A stretch of 64,000 nucleotides of DNA, taken from positions 1-64,000 of IMG/VR virus record IMGVR_UViG_3300032323_000670; one strand, written 5' to 3'. Under the pieces are notes generated by a model. It was not told where the DNA came from. It made no database searches and saw only the letters and a program-made list of their open reading frames with translations. Below, piece by piece: positions 37,125-46,749 of this stretch. This DNA comes from a virus. Position numbers and translations under genes: made by a program. Position 1 is the stretch's first letter; each line of letters begins with the position of its first letter.

Positions 37125-37382
37125 ATGACACCTAAAGAGAAAGCACAAGAGTTGTTAGATAAGATGAATGTAACTCATTATCTAAAGTTAGGAGGTAAGA
37201 ACAAAAATTCTAAAGGTCTTCCTGTTTCTATGCACCGTACTCAGGTTAAGCAATGCGCTTTGAAGGCAGTAGATGAGATAATGAATGAGTTATCTGAAAT
37301 GAATTATGGTCTACAATACTTAAACAGAATGGCGCATTGGGAAGAAGTAAAAGAAGAAATAGAAAACTTGCAAACTAAGTAA
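37125..37382 (+). CDS. MTPKEKA-family small protein
   Basis: MTPKEKAQEL...CALKAVDEI...WEEVKEEI; paralogue of 37861. Confidence 0.8.
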   Translation: MTPKEKAQELLDKMNVTHYLKLGGKNKNSKGLPVSMHRTQVKQCALKAVDEIMNELSEMNYGLQYLNRMAHWEEVKEEIENLQTK

Positions 37383-37384
37383 CC

Positions 37385-37528
37385 ATGTTAGACACAATAG
37401 GTTATGCTTTACTAGGTGTACTTATGTGCATACCCATATTCTTTCTAATCTACATTGGGGTATGGATGCCTAAAGACAAAATGAAAGGTCATGCAGGTAG
37501 AGGTAAATGTAAATGTTGTAATAACTAA
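37385..37528 (+). CDS. Small membrane protein with Cys-rich tail (not in ORF track)
   Basis: MLDTIGYALLGVLMCIPIFFLIYIGVWMPKDKMKGHAGRGKCKCCNN. Confidence 0.55.
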   Translation: MLDTIGYALLGVLMCIPIFFLIYIGVWMPKDKMKGHAGRGKCKCCNN

Positions 37529-37656
37529 AAACTTTAAACATGAACAATCTTAATAAAAGATTATCAATGCTCACGGTAACCGTGTTGCAAAAAATAGCTA
37601 GAGCCTGTGTTAATAGGTCAGCTAAAATATTAAACAAACTTTAAAACTAAATAACT

Positions 37657-37848
37657 ATGGAGAACAAACTAGATAGCGAAAAATTAGAGTTATCCGAGAC
37701 CATGTTTAGCCTGTTTACCCCTGATGAGATAATGACAATAATAAAACACAGGCAGTTTAGGAAAATGAAAACTTTGCAGATGTCTAAGGATAAGCAGGCT
37801 GAGTTTCGCGAGCTTATTCACAGGATAGAGGACATGTTTGATGTGTAA
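37657..37848 (+). CDS. Hypothetical protein
   Basis: Preceded by the repeated leader AAAACTAAATAACTATG. Confidence 0.65.
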   Translation: MENKLDSEKLELSETMFSLFTPDEIMTIIKHRQFRKMKTLQMSKDKQAEFRELIHRIEDMFDV

Positions 37849-37860
37849 AACTAAATAACT

Positions 37861-38370
37861 ATGACACCAAAAGAAAAAGCAGAAGAGTTGGTAAGCAAGA
37901 TGCTTAAAGAAGTAGGCTATGATACAAACATAGCAGTACCATGTGCTTTAATTGCAGTAGATGAAATTATAAATGAATACGAGTCTAACATCTGCAATAC
38001 AGGTTATGACTACGACTTTGAAAGATGGGACATGCAAAGAGATTATTGGAAAGAAGTTCAATTTGAAATATCAAATCTAAAAACTATGGAAAAGAAACAA
38101 ACTGCGGTTGATTATCTTGAGAAGGAGTTCAAGAAAAATGGCGTTTATTTAAGCGACCATTATTGGAATGCTTTTGAACAAGCCAAGCAAATGGAGAAGG
38201 AGCAGATTGAAAACGCTTATTGGGATGGTGGACAAGATGTTCCAATGCACATAAGCACTTGTGAAAACTACTACAATAAAACATTTGGAGTGGAAACGGG
38301 TATAATTGTATTTGATAACATACATTTGACTAACACAAATAAAATTAATAATGGAGGTAACAATGAATAA
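37861..38370 (+). CDS. Fusion of MTPKEKA- and KQTAV-family domains
   Basis: N-half resembles 37125; C-half (MEKKQTAV...EKEQIENAY) resembles 38640. Confidence 0.75.
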   Translation: MTPKEKAEELVSKMLKEVGYDTNIAVPCALIAVDEIINEYESNICNTGYDYDFERWDMQRDYWKEVQFEISNLKTMEKKQTAVDYLEKEFKKNGVYLSDHYWNAFEQAKQMEKEQIENAYWDGGQDVPMHISTCENYYNKTFGVETGIIVFDNIHLTNTNKINNGGNNE

Positions 38371-38647
38371 TCTAGAAATAACAAAGGTCTCTGAATTAGA
38401 AGCAAACACTACAAGAGTATGTGAAATCAAATTTAATTGTCTAGTCACAATGCATGATGTTGCTTTCAAAAAGTATAAAGGTGTATGGGGTCAAGAAAAA
38501 CAATCAAAGATACCACAATGGTTTAAAGCAAACCAAACAATAACATTAGAAGGTGTTAAAGATGCTGACCCATATGAACTTGGGATGAGGATTAAACAAA
38601 TGTTTCATCAAATGGAAGACACAATTAACAAGTATGAAAATGAGTAA
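38363..38647 (+). CDS. Hypothetical protein
   Basis: ORF in a contiguous operon. Confidence 0.65.
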   Translation: MNNLEITKVSELEANTTRVCEIKFNCLVTMHDVAFKKYKGVWGQEKQSKIPQWFKANQTITLEGVKDADPYELGMRIKQMFHQMEDTINKYENE

Positions 38648-38894
38648 ACAAACTGCGGTTAATCAAATCTTTGCACAAATGAAGGCTGGGAGAAAGGACA
38701 CTAAATTTTGGAATGATTCAATGCTTGTTGATTGGCTATTTGAACAAGAAGAAAGGTACAAGCAAATTGAGAAGGAGCAGATAGAAGAGGCTTACAAAGA
38801 AGGTAACCATTCGGAAATGAGAGGTGGTAAAGTGATTTTTGAAAAAATGGAGCAATACTACAACGAAACTTACGGAGGTCAAGATGAACATTGA
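38640..38894 (+). CDS. KQTAV-family small protein
   Basis: MSKQTAV...EKEQIEEAY...QYYNETY. Confidence 0.75.
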   Translation: MSKQTAVNQIFAQMKAGRKDTKFWNDSMLVDWLFEQEERYKQIEKEQIEEAYKEGNHSEMRGGKVIFEKMEQYYNETYGGQDEH

Positions 38895-39216
38895 TAAGCT
38901 AATAGCTGAGGCATACGATTCAATTATGAGAACTAAAGGTAGAGAACATGCTCCTACTTCAGCTGAGATACAAGCATGGATAGATAAAAAGAAATCTACT
39001 GTAGAAATAAGTAATCGTAAAGCTATATTCTCAGAGCTTGCTCATTATGACCACCTTAGTAAACCTAATGACTTCATAGAGGTAACAGAGTGGTCTAATG
39101 GAGAAGGTTATGATGTAGAGATTGCTACCTCACTTGGTTCTAGATTCCAGTTAACACATGGGCAGTATGCTGCACTAAAAGATTTAATTACTAAATTAGA
39201 AACTACAAATGACTAA
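38884..39216 (+). CDS. Hypothetical protein
   Basis: FIEVTEWSNGEGYDV motif. Confidence 0.7.
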   Translation: MNIDKLIAEAYDSIMRTKGREHAPTSAEIQAWIDKKKSTVEISNRKAIFSELAHYDHLSKPNDFIEVTEWSNGEGYDVEIATSLGSRFQLTHGQYAALKDLITKLETTND

Positions 39217-39418
39217 GTATTTATTATGGGCTATAGCATTTATCTTACTACTAGATTGTGCTGCTATAATAGGTTTATACCTATCTGTAAAAGATAAGCC
39301 TCTTGAGAGAGAGGACTACCAAATGTTTAAAGCTGTTTACATACCAAGAGATACCGTATATGTAGATCCTAGTACTATAGGTACAACTACTGATCCTACG
39401 GATGAGGAACTAAACTAA
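39209..39418 (+). CDS. Membrane-anchored small protein
   Basis: N-terminal TM segment. Confidence 0.65.
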   Translation: MTKYLLWAIAFILLLDCAAIIGLYLSVKDKPLEREDYQMFKAVYIPRDTVYVDPSTIGTTTDPTDEELN

Positions 39419-39453
39419 ATGTGTTGTATATTTGTTAAACTAAAAAACCAATT

Positions 39454-39726
39454 ATGAAATTGCACGGAAAAAGAATTCTCATTGAGAAGCCTATGAAGCC
39501 TGAGTCTCAGGTGTTATTAACTGAAGAGTCAGAAGCTGCTATGGAACAGCAGTGGATGAAGAGCTGGACTAAACTTAATGTACACGCTGTAGGTTCTGAT
39601 TGTACTCATGTACAAGCTGGAGACCTGGTGTATGTAGGTAATGCGTTAGCTAATGCAGAAATCATTGACATTGATGGTACTCTATATTTTCTAGTTAACG
39701 AAGCTGCTGTCTGTATTACTTGGTAG
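39454..39726 (+). CDS. groES: GroES-like co-chaperonin
   Basis: LHGKRILIE, VHAVG, VQAGDLV, IDGTLYFLVNE. Confidence 0.8.
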   Translation: MKLHGKRILIEKPMKPESQVLLTEESEAAMEQQWMKSWTKLNVHAVGSDCTHVQAGDLVYVGNALANAEIIDIDGTLYFLVNEAAVCITW

Positions 39727-39863
39727 TATGAAAGAAGTATTAGAAGAACTTGTTATGCAGATGGACAATTTGCGTAATAACAAAACTGTGCCCTATTTAA
39801 ACCCATACAAGGGTATAGATGATTGCATTGAATTAGTACGGAAAAAGATTAAAACCTTAAAGA

Positions 39864-40172
39864 ATGAAGACTGAGTATAGAAATCGTTATGGTGATCTAA
39901 TCATCTTTGAGAAGAAAGACAATGTAATAGAGATGACTGGGTTTGCTGATGGCTACCGTGTAGGTGGATGGCCTGGTGAAGTAGGCATGCCTAACTATAA
40001 GTTCTCTATGATTGACCCTAGTGGTGGACCATATATTACTGCGCAGGCTGAATGGCATGGTGAGGAGATGAGTGGTACAGATATGGGATCTTTCCTACCA
40101 GAGTGGGCAGGTCTTAAGATAGAGTACATTACAGTGGAAGAAGGGTTAGCTAAATTACATTTATGTCATTGA
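39864..40172 (+). CDS. Hypothetical protein
   Basis: NRYGD and IDPSGGPYI motifs. Confidence 0.7.
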   Translation: MKTEYRNRYGDLIIFEKKDNVIEMTGFADGYRVGGWPGEVGMPNYKFSMIDPSGGPYITAQAEWHGEEMSGTDMGSFLPEWAGLKIEYITVEEGLAKLHLCH

Positions 40173-40504
40173 CAAAAGAGAACGAGGACAGACTCAAGAT
40201 TGCTAATCTTGTAGTGTGGTTACAGATGGCTGTGTTTGCAGCAGATGAGACAACGCATATTAAGTGGTTTAATAGGCATAAGACAAAGAATATTTTAAAT
40301 AACTTTAATGATATCGTGGTTAAAGAACACGGTCCATTACTGAAAGCATTCTGGGATATACCTGACCAAATAGACATGGTAGAGATGTCTAATAGATTGA
40401 GCAAGTTTGCAGAGCTCATAACAGATATGGATTATCTGGAGATGCAAGAGTGTGCAGAATTAATAGAGAAACATTTAAAACAAAAAAGAAATGGAAACGT
40501 TTAA
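40163..40504 (+). CDS. Hypothetical protein
   Basis: 113 aa in the operon. Confidence 0.7.
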   Translation: MSLTKENEDRLKIANLVVWLQMAVFAADETTHIKWFNRHKTKNILNNFNDIVVKEHGPLLKAFWDIPDQIDMVEMSNRLSKFAELITDMDYLEMQECAELIEKHLKQKRNGNV

Positions 40505-40844
40505 TGTATTTGATGTATGTGTATTTGCATTTACTGGTTTAAGTGCTGGTATGGCTATAGGTGTAGCCCTTAGAAATAAGAAGATTACTAATCTTCAGGA
40601 TGAACTAGACTATCTAGAAAATAAGTACACCAATTTGGTAGATGGTTATACTGATTGTATTATTGAGAAGCACAAGTTACAGTTTGAGAAGTATTTAAAA
40701 CCTATTCCTCCAGTTAAGAAGGAAGATGTTGTTACTACCGCCCCTGCTAGAAAGCAAGCCGGAAGACCTAAAGGAAGTAAGAATAAAACTAAAGAGAATG
40801 TCAAATCAACTACCCGTAAGTATACGCGCAAAAGTAGTAAATAA
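40491..40844 (+). CDS. Membrane-anchored protein with basic AT-hook-like tail
   Basis: TM segment, coiled coil, AGRPKGSKNK. Confidence 0.7.
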   Translation: METFNVFDVCVFAFTGLSAGMAIGVALRNKKITNLQDELDYLENKYTNLVDGYTDCIIEKHKLQFEKYLKPIPPVKKEDVVTTAPARKQAGRPKGSKNKTKENVKSTTRKYTRKSSK

Positions 40845-41172
40845 GAATTTAGAGATAGATCCTTTGGGATCTGCTAAGTTAGGTTTGTTTATCAAGGGCT
40901 TGCAAGACGGAGAGATGGTTACAATCACCTATGAAGTTATCTCTAATGATGCTAGCTATGCCCAAATGAGCAAACTGCACAAACATATTCGTGAACTTGC
41001 AAACTATACTGGTGACACCTTTGAAGACATGAAGCTTCAAGTTAAACTACGTGCTGGTCTATGTACTGACAAAGACTGTAGATCTTTTAGTGATTGTTCT
41101 AAAGAAGAACTCTCTATGGCTATCCAAGCCAGTATAGAAATAGGAGAACTAGTAGGGTTTAGTCTTTATTGA
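40798..41172 (+). CDS. NinB-like protein
   Basis: SYAQMSKLHKHIRELANYTG...SFSDCSKEELS pattern. Confidence 0.5.
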   Translation: MSNQLPVSIRAKVVNKNLEIDPLGSAKLGLFIKGLQDGEMVTITYEVISNDASYAQMSKLHKHIRELANYTGDTFEDMKLQVKLRAGLCTDKDCRSFSDCSKEELSMAIQASIEIGELVGFSLY

Positions 41173-41476
41173 CTTTCTCCCCTGTCTCTATATCTACATT
41201 TATCTTTTCAGTATGACCCTGTTTTCTAGCTTCCTCTTCTACAAATAGTAAGAAAGACAGCAGGGTTCTGAAGTGATATGAGTGAGCATCTTCATTATCC
41301 TTACCTTCCTTTATGTTATTAAGAATCTGTTGAAAGTGTTCACCATCTTTAACAGGGAAGAACTCAAGCATAAATTGATTAAATCTGAAATAGAAATCTA
41401 CTGGAAGTTTGACATCTATCACAGTGTCTTTTTTCAGTATTTCTATTTCTCTGGTCTTTGGTTTTTGCTCACTCAT
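41159..41476 (-). CDS. Hypothetical protein, lone minus-strand gene
   Basis: MSEQKPKTREIEILKK start fills the gap between two plus-strand genes; divergent from ung. Confidence 0.7.
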   Translation of the reverse strand: MSEQKPKTREIEILKKDTVIDVKLPVDFYFRFNQFMLEFFPVKDGEHFQQILNNIKEGKDNEDAHSYHFRTLLSFLLFVEEEARKQGHTEKINVDIETGEKVNKD

Positions 41477-41498
41477 AAAATTAATTTTAAACAAAGCT

Positions 41499-42203
41499 AT
41501 GTTAGATACAGTAAATATACAAGAAGTACAGGATAAACTGTATGAAAAGTTAAAGGAGTCTGGGTGGTCATCTAGACTTAAAACGTTTATGATAAGTGAT
41601 GATATGACAAAGATCTTATCTACACTACTCAAAGAAGCAATGGATAACAAAAGATTTACCCCTCAAGTAAAAGATATCTTTAATGCATTTGAAGAATGTC
41701 CATTTGATACTACACGAGTTGTACTCATAGGACAGGACCCTTACCCCACATTAAATGCAGCTGATGGTTTAGCCTTTAGTTGCAGCAAGTCATCTATTCA
41801 AAAGTCTTTATCATACATGCATGATTCTATTAAGAAGACTGCTGTACCTGGATATATTGGAGACGGTGATCTCAGACCGTGGGCTAAACAAGGTGTATTA
41901 TTACTTAATACAGCTTTTACTACTACTCTTAGTAAACCTGGTACTCATCAGTTACTTTGGCGTCCGTTCTTTGTACAAGTGTTAGATAGTTTGATTTGGG
42001 AGAAACCCGGATTAATCTATGTATTCCTTGGTAAGAAAGCACAAGAGTATGCTGACCTGGTACCTGATAACAACTACAAGATCCTAGTATCTCATCCTGC
42101 AAGCGCTGCTTATAGTAACCTTGAAGAATGGGACTGTGAAGACATGTGGAACCGTATTAATAAATACCTAGAACAAGATGCCCAAAGACCCATATCCTGG
42201 TAG
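41499..42203 (+). CDS. ung: Uracil-DNA glycosylase (family 1)
   Basis: GQDPYP, GLAFS, WAKQGVLLLNT, SHPAS. Confidence 0.95.
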   Translation: MLDTVNIQEVQDKLYEKLKESGWSSRLKTFMISDDMTKILSTLLKEAMDNKRFTPQVKDIFNAFEECPFDTTRVVLIGQDPYPTLNAADGLAFSCSKSSIQKSLSYMHDSIKKTAVPGYIGDGDLRPWAKQGVLLLNTAFTTTLSKPGTHQLLWRPFFVQVLDSLIWEKPGLIYVFLGKKAQEYADLVPDNNYKILVSHPASAAYSNLEEWDCEDMWNRINKYLEQDAQRPISW

Positions 42204-42477
42204 AATTAAGGTTAAACTTGTAATGGATCCAAGGTTTGGTGAAGTACAGTTTGAAATAGAAGGAACAAATATTAAAAACAAATGTCTGTATGATGCGCTA
42301 TCTGAACATGGTATTGAGCTTAAAAGAGCTAAGTATATTGTAGAAGATGTAACCAAGTGTACAAACACTGGTAAGTTTTATCATATGGAACCAATAGATT
42401 ATGTAAAGTATGGCAGAGAAAGACGTTATGAAGCTGAGAGGGAATATCAAGCAAGATTTGGCCCAGCTCAATTATGA
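42178..42477 (+). CDS. Hypothetical protein
   Basis: 99 aa ORF. Confidence 0.6.
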   Translation: MPKDPYPGRIKVKLVMDPRFGEVQFEIEGTNIKNKCLYDALSEHGIELKRAKYIVEDVTKCTNTGKFYHMEPIDYVKYGRERRYEAEREYQARFGPAQL

Positions 42478-42931
42478 TTTGAACCTAGTAATTTCTAAGT
42501 TCTTTAATAGCCTTCAAAAGGATTTGAATAAGTATGATAAGTTCATAGGTAATTCTCATTCTATTATACCAGGTATAGATAACTTTCAGATTGTAGTTGA
42601 TTTAGCTGAGGAGTTGTACCCTGATGATAAACCGTTTACTAAGAATATGAAGTGGCGTAAGACCCAGATTATTATCATTAGGCAATGTTGTTATCTAATA
42701 GGTAATGAACTTGGTTTAAGTTATTCTCATATGGTGAGAGTTCTTAATCAGAATCACGGAGAAAAAGTTACTCATCATGCTACTATGCTGCACGGTGTAA
42801 AGAAAACTCGTAATGCATTAGAAATCAAAGACAAAGCTGTGTTACCTATATGGAGTAATCTAATAGCTAAGATGCAAGAGAGAAACTTCTCAAAAACGTT
42901 TGTATCTTTAGATCAAGTTGATGCCCTATGA
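42410..42931 (+). CDS. Protein with DnaA domain IV-like HTH
   Basis: RQCCYLI...GLSYSHM...HHATMLHGVKK resembles DnaA-C RDHTTVLHA. Confidence 0.65.
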   Translation: MAEKDVMKLRGNIKQDLAQLNYDLNLVISKFFNSLQKDLNKYDKFIGNSHSIIPGIDNFQIVVDLAEELYPDDKPFTKNMKWRKTQIIIIRQCCYLIGNELGLSYSHMVRVLNQNHGEKVTHHATMLHGVKKTRNALEIKDKAVLPIWSNLIAKMQERNFSKTFVSLDQVDAL

Positions 42932-43509
42932 AAGAACTGTTTGAATATCTAGAAGCTAAAGATATAAGACCTAATGGTCTCTATGTCTTATGGTGTTTAT
43001 CTAATCAACGTAAGTCTGTTCTTACTAATGCGGAAGTACATGCAGAACTAAGAAGATTAGTTAACTTAGGTTTTATAAATACTGACTACAGTGTAACCGC
43101 AGAAGGCTTTCAAGTTCTCTCATTTATACCAACAAGTGAAGGACAAGCTGTACCTGATGTTACTCCTGTAGGTAGTATGGATAATATAGATACTTTTGTT
43201 TCTATATTCCCCAAGGGTAAACTACCCAGTGGTAAACCTGCTAGAGTAAACAAGAAGAATCTTGAAGAATCTTTTAAGTGGTTCTTTAAGAACTATACGT
43301 ATGATTGGGACACTATCTTACGTGCAACATGGTACTACATAGAGACCTATGAAAAGGCTAACTATATGTACATGAAGAACTCACAGTACTTTATACGCAA
43401 ACAGAACACGGATAAATCTTGGGACTCTGAACTTGCTAACTACTGTGAGATAATTATTAACGGAGATGATGAGCCTGCAACTCCTCATTTTACAGACAAA
43501 GTAGTATGA
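42928..43509 (+). CDS. Putative replication initiator/loader (wHTH N-terminus)
   Basis: Upstream of dnaB; ELRRLVNLGFI wHTH; YMKNSQYFI. Confidence 0.5.
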   Translation: MKELFEYLEAKDIRPNGLYVLWCLSNQRKSVLTNAEVHAELRRLVNLGFINTDYSVTAEGFQVLSFIPTSEGQAVPDVTPVGSMDNIDTFVSIFPKGKLPSGKPARVNKKNLEESFKWFFKNYTYDWDTILRATWYYIETYEKANYMYMKNSQYFIRKQNTDKSWDSELANYCEIIINGDDEPATPHFTDKVV

Positions 43510-43703
43510 CGCAAAGAAAATTTGAGAAGATAATGCTAATGATATTAGCATCTGTAGTTATGAGTGTAGTGTGCTGGAGTTTAATAGATAATTTAATTAT
43601 TCCTGTTACTTTTTTTGAGTACATTTTAATTGAAATTCTCTTGCTTTTTGCATACAAATCTTATATATTTGTAGTCAAGCAGATTCATGCTATAGAAGAA
43701 TAA
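43506..43703 (+). CDS. Two-TM membrane protein
   Basis: Hydrophobic; contains an internal TTG-20-TATATTTG promoter for dnaB (43641-43671). Confidence 0.6.
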   Translation: MTQRKFEKIMLMILASVVMSVVCWSLIDNLIIPVTFFEYILIEILLLFAYKSYIFVVKQIHAIEE

Positions 43704-43716
43704 TCCTGTATATTTA

Positions 43717-44706
43717 ATGTCTAAGCAACACCTTTGGAAAAGTCAAAAGGAAGGGTATAATGACTCCTTACGTTACCTGAAAGGTAGAATGGAGGGTGTT
43801 ATTAAATCCATTAGGACACCATGGGATAAGTTTAATGACGCTACAACTGACGGTCTAGAATGGCACTCTATGACAGTTATAGGTGGAAGACCTGGTAGCG
43901 GGAAAACTCTTATTAAAGACCAAATAGTAAGAGAAGCATTTAAACTTAACCCAACTGAGAGTTTTCGTGTGTTAGAATTTCAATTTGAAATGCTGGCGCG
44001 TACCTCTGCAATAAGAGAATATAGTAGTGTACTTGGTAAGTCCTACAAGTATCTCTGTAGTGCAGATGGTAAGCTTACACTAGATGACCTTCAGATATGT
44101 TACAACTATGCAAAAGAGAAGGTTGTATTACCGATTGATATAGTTGAGGAACCAATCACCGTAAATGAGTTTAAGGAAGCTGTTGCTGACTACATGAAAG
44201 CACACATGATCTTAAATGACAATGGAGAATATGAGTTCACAAAAACTATTATTACTCTTGACCACTCTTTGCTCTTGAAGAAAGCACCATTTGAGAAGGA
44301 CAAGTTTGATACCTTGTATAACTTAGGAGAAGCTATTACGGAACTTAAGCGTAAGTATCCAATAGCCTTCATTATCCTGACTCAGTTAAACAGGGGTATT
44401 GATAATCCTGAAAGAAATGAAGACGGTAAGTATGGTAACTACATACTTGAGTCTGATATCTTTGGATCAGATGCCTTACTTCAACACTCTGATACTCTAA
44501 TAGGTATCAACAGACCAGGTAAACAGAAGATCAAACTGTATGGTCCTGATAGATATCTAATAGAGGATGACAAAGTTTTAGTATTACACTTTTTAAAATG
44601 TAGGAATGGTGATAACCGTATGAGCTTCTTTAAAGCACAGTTTGAAAGAATGCGTATTACAGAGATGCCTACTCCTCCACAGCAAGAAAAAAGACAAAAG
44701 ATTTAA
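43717..44706 (+). CDS. dnaB: DnaB-like replicative helicase
   Basis: GRPGSGKT, FEM, LDH, LTQLNR, SDIFGSD, KCRNG. Confidence 0.92.
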   Translation: MSKQHLWKSQKEGYNDSLRYLKGRMEGVIKSIRTPWDKFNDATTDGLEWHSMTVIGGRPGSGKTLIKDQIVREAFKLNPTESFRVLEFQFEMLARTSAIREYSSVLGKSYKYLCSADGKLTLDDLQICYNYAKEKVVLPIDIVEEPITVNEFKEAVADYMKAHMILNDNGEYEFTKTIITLDHSLLLKKAPFEKDKFDTLYNLGEAITELKRKYPIAFIILTQLNRGIDNPERNEDGKYGNYILESDIFGSDALLQHSDTLIGINRPGKQKIKLYGPDRYLIEDDKVLVLHFLKCRNGDNRMSFFKAQFERMRITEMPTPPQQEKRQKI

Positions 44707-44708
44707 TT

Positions 44709-45242
44709 ATGGCAATAAGTACAAGCAACCCCGGTCAAGTAATGACAACGGAAGACAGAAAGATTAAGATCGCAGAACTAAGAGATCATCATCAACCTAT
44801 TTTTGATGCACTTGATGTAAGCAATGCACTCTTCTTTCCTAAAATGGCATACAGACCAAAGGATAAGAATGAGAAACATCTTAGTTTCTTTCCTAGTGAA
44901 TTGAAACGTGGATATGATATCTACACAGAGTTTGTTAGTCGTGAGTATGAAGCAGAGGATCAAGAGCGTACACTATGGAAGTGGCGTTTTAATCCACACT
45001 GGGAAGAAGAATATGAGGCTACCAAAGATCTACAACCTAGATATCTTATTCCTGTATCTGAACTAATCAAGGTTACACCACCTAAGAAACCTATTACTAA
45101 ACAAACTGATTTCTTTGACGATGAGTTTAGTGTTTCAGGTGATGATGCACCATTTAGTGAAATGACCATCAGAGACTTAGCAGCTATCCTTATGAGAGAG
45201 CCTATAAGTAAGAAAGAATGGTTAAATAATTTAATAAAGTAA
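44709..45242 (+). CDS. Replication-cluster hypothetical protein
   Basis: 177 aa between dnaB and the ATPase. Confidence 0.75.
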   Translation: MAISTSNPGQVMTTEDRKIKIAELRDHHQPIFDALDVSNALFFPKMAYRPKDKNEKHLSFFPSELKRGYDIYTEFVSREYEAEDQERTLWKWRFNPHWEEEYEATKDLQPRYLIPVSELIKVTPPKKPITKQTDFFDDEFSVSGDDAPFSEMTIRDLAAILMREPISKKEWLNNLIK

Positions 45243-45243
45243 C

Positions 45244-45987
45244 ATGGAAATTAAACTCCCTACTGGTAAGGTTCCAGCTGAGGCATTGAGCCCTAGGAAC
45301 CTGATTATCTTTTCAAAGCCAAAGACTGGCAAGACTACACTATTATCACAGCTTGATAACTGTTTGATCTTAGATCTTGAGAAAGGTTCTAAATATCTTG
45401 AGGCAATGAAGGTTGAGGCCAACTCAATTGCTGATATCAAAGCTGTAGGTAAAGCTATTAAAGAAGCTGGTAATCCCTATGCTTACATTGCTGTAGATAC
45501 CATCACTGCATTAGAAGAGATGTGTATTCCTTACGCTGAAGAGTTGTACATGAAGACCCCTATGGGTAAGAACTGGCCAACTGATGGTAAGCCTAAGTAT
45601 GGAACCATCATAGGACTACCTAATGGTGCCGGTTATCAGTATCTTAGAGAAGCTTTTACTAAAGTTGTAGCTTACATTCAAACGTGGGCACCAAGAATAA
45701 TACTGGTAGGACACGTGAAAGATACCGTTCTGGAGAAGAATGGATCTGAATTCAATGCCTTAGATCTAGACTTGACAGGTAAACTTAAAAGGATTACCGC
45801 ATCTAACTCTGATTCTATAGGCTACCTTTACAGAAAAGGAAAGCAAAACATCTTGAGCTTTAAGACTAGTGATGACATCGCATGCGGTGCAAGACCTAAG
45901 CATCTAAGTAATCAAGAGATAGTTCTTTCTGAAGTTGATAAGAATGGTGAGGTAACTACTCACTGGAATAAAATTTATGTTGATTAA
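45244..45987 (+). CDS. AAA_24 / Sak4-like ATPase
   Basis: SKPKTGKTT, LDLEKG, IAVDTIT, LVGH. Confidence 0.85.
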   Translation: MEIKLPTGKVPAEALSPRNLIIFSKPKTGKTTLLSQLDNCLILDLEKGSKYLEAMKVEANSIADIKAVGKAIKEAGNPYAYIAVDTITALEEMCIPYAEELYMKTPMGKNWPTDGKPKYGTIIGLPNGAGYQYLREAFTKVVAYIQTWAPRIILVGHVKDTVLEKNGSEFNALDLDLTGKLKRITASNSDSIGYLYRKGKQNILSFKTSDDIACGARPKHLSNQEIVLSEVDKNGEVTTHWNKIYVD

Positions 45988-45998
45988 TATTAAGTAAA

Positions 45999-46685
45999 AT
46001 GATAAGTACAAACATCCCAGACGAAGGCTCAAGCAGCGTATCAAAAGTTCTACAACCAGGTAACCACACTGTTACTGTTAACTCTGTTAGATTAGATGCA
46101 CCACCATATAATAGAAGCGCTTATAGTTTAGTTCTATTACTAGAAGGTCCTGATATGGGTGAAGGTTTTGAAGGTTTCTTCTTTAACAAAGACAATGAAT
46201 CTTTAGGACGTCACAAAGGTCAGGTAGCATATGTTAAAACATCTCAGTATGCATATGCTGATACTACAACTAAAACGGGTGTAGTAATCAACCGTGACAT
46301 GGAGATTGTGAAAGCTCTAAAGAATCTATGCCGCGCTCTTAATTGTCTTGACTGGTTTCAAGCAGAAGATATGAAGCATGAGACTGTAGAAAGTCTTGTT
46401 GAAAAGTTCAATCAGGATAAGCCATTTGGTGATAACCAATTGAGTTGCTGCATCGGTGGTTCTGAGTATACTAACAAGCAAGGTTATACTAACTTTGATT
46501 TGTATTTTGTTAAACCAGGTAGAGGTCAGTATGCATATGAGCCTGCTAACACTCCTGTTAATGAAAGCAAACTAGTAACTTTTGATGCTGATACACATAT
46601 CAAAAGAAAGAAAGTTGAGACTGTTGCTTCCTTTGGTGATGGTGTAACTACCTCATCTTCAGTAGGTGACGATTTTCAGATTTAA
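45999..46685 (+). CDS. Single-stranded DNA-binding protein
   Basis: Between the Sak4-like ATPase and primase; acidic tail VGDDFQI. Confidence 0.6.
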   Translation: MISTNIPDEGSSSVSKVLQPGNHTVTVNSVRLDAPPYNRSAYSLVLLLEGPDMGEGFEGFFFNKDNESLGRHKGQVAYVKTSQYAYADTTTKTGVVINRDMEIVKALKNLCRALNCLDWFQAEDMKHETVESLVEKFNQDKPFGDNQLSCCIGGSEYTNKQGYTNFDLYFVKPGRGQYAYEPANTPVNESKLVTFDADTHIKRKKVETVASFGDGVTTSSSVGDDFQI

Positions 46686-46704
46686 TTAATTTGATAATTG
46701 ATGG

Positions 46705-46732
46705 AAAGGGGAGTATCTTCACTCCCCTTTTT
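46705..46732 (+). terminator. Intrinsic terminator
   Basis: AAAGGGGAGT-ATCTTC-ACTCCCCTTTTT. Confidence 0.75.
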
Positions 46733-46749
46733 GTCATTATAATAATACT

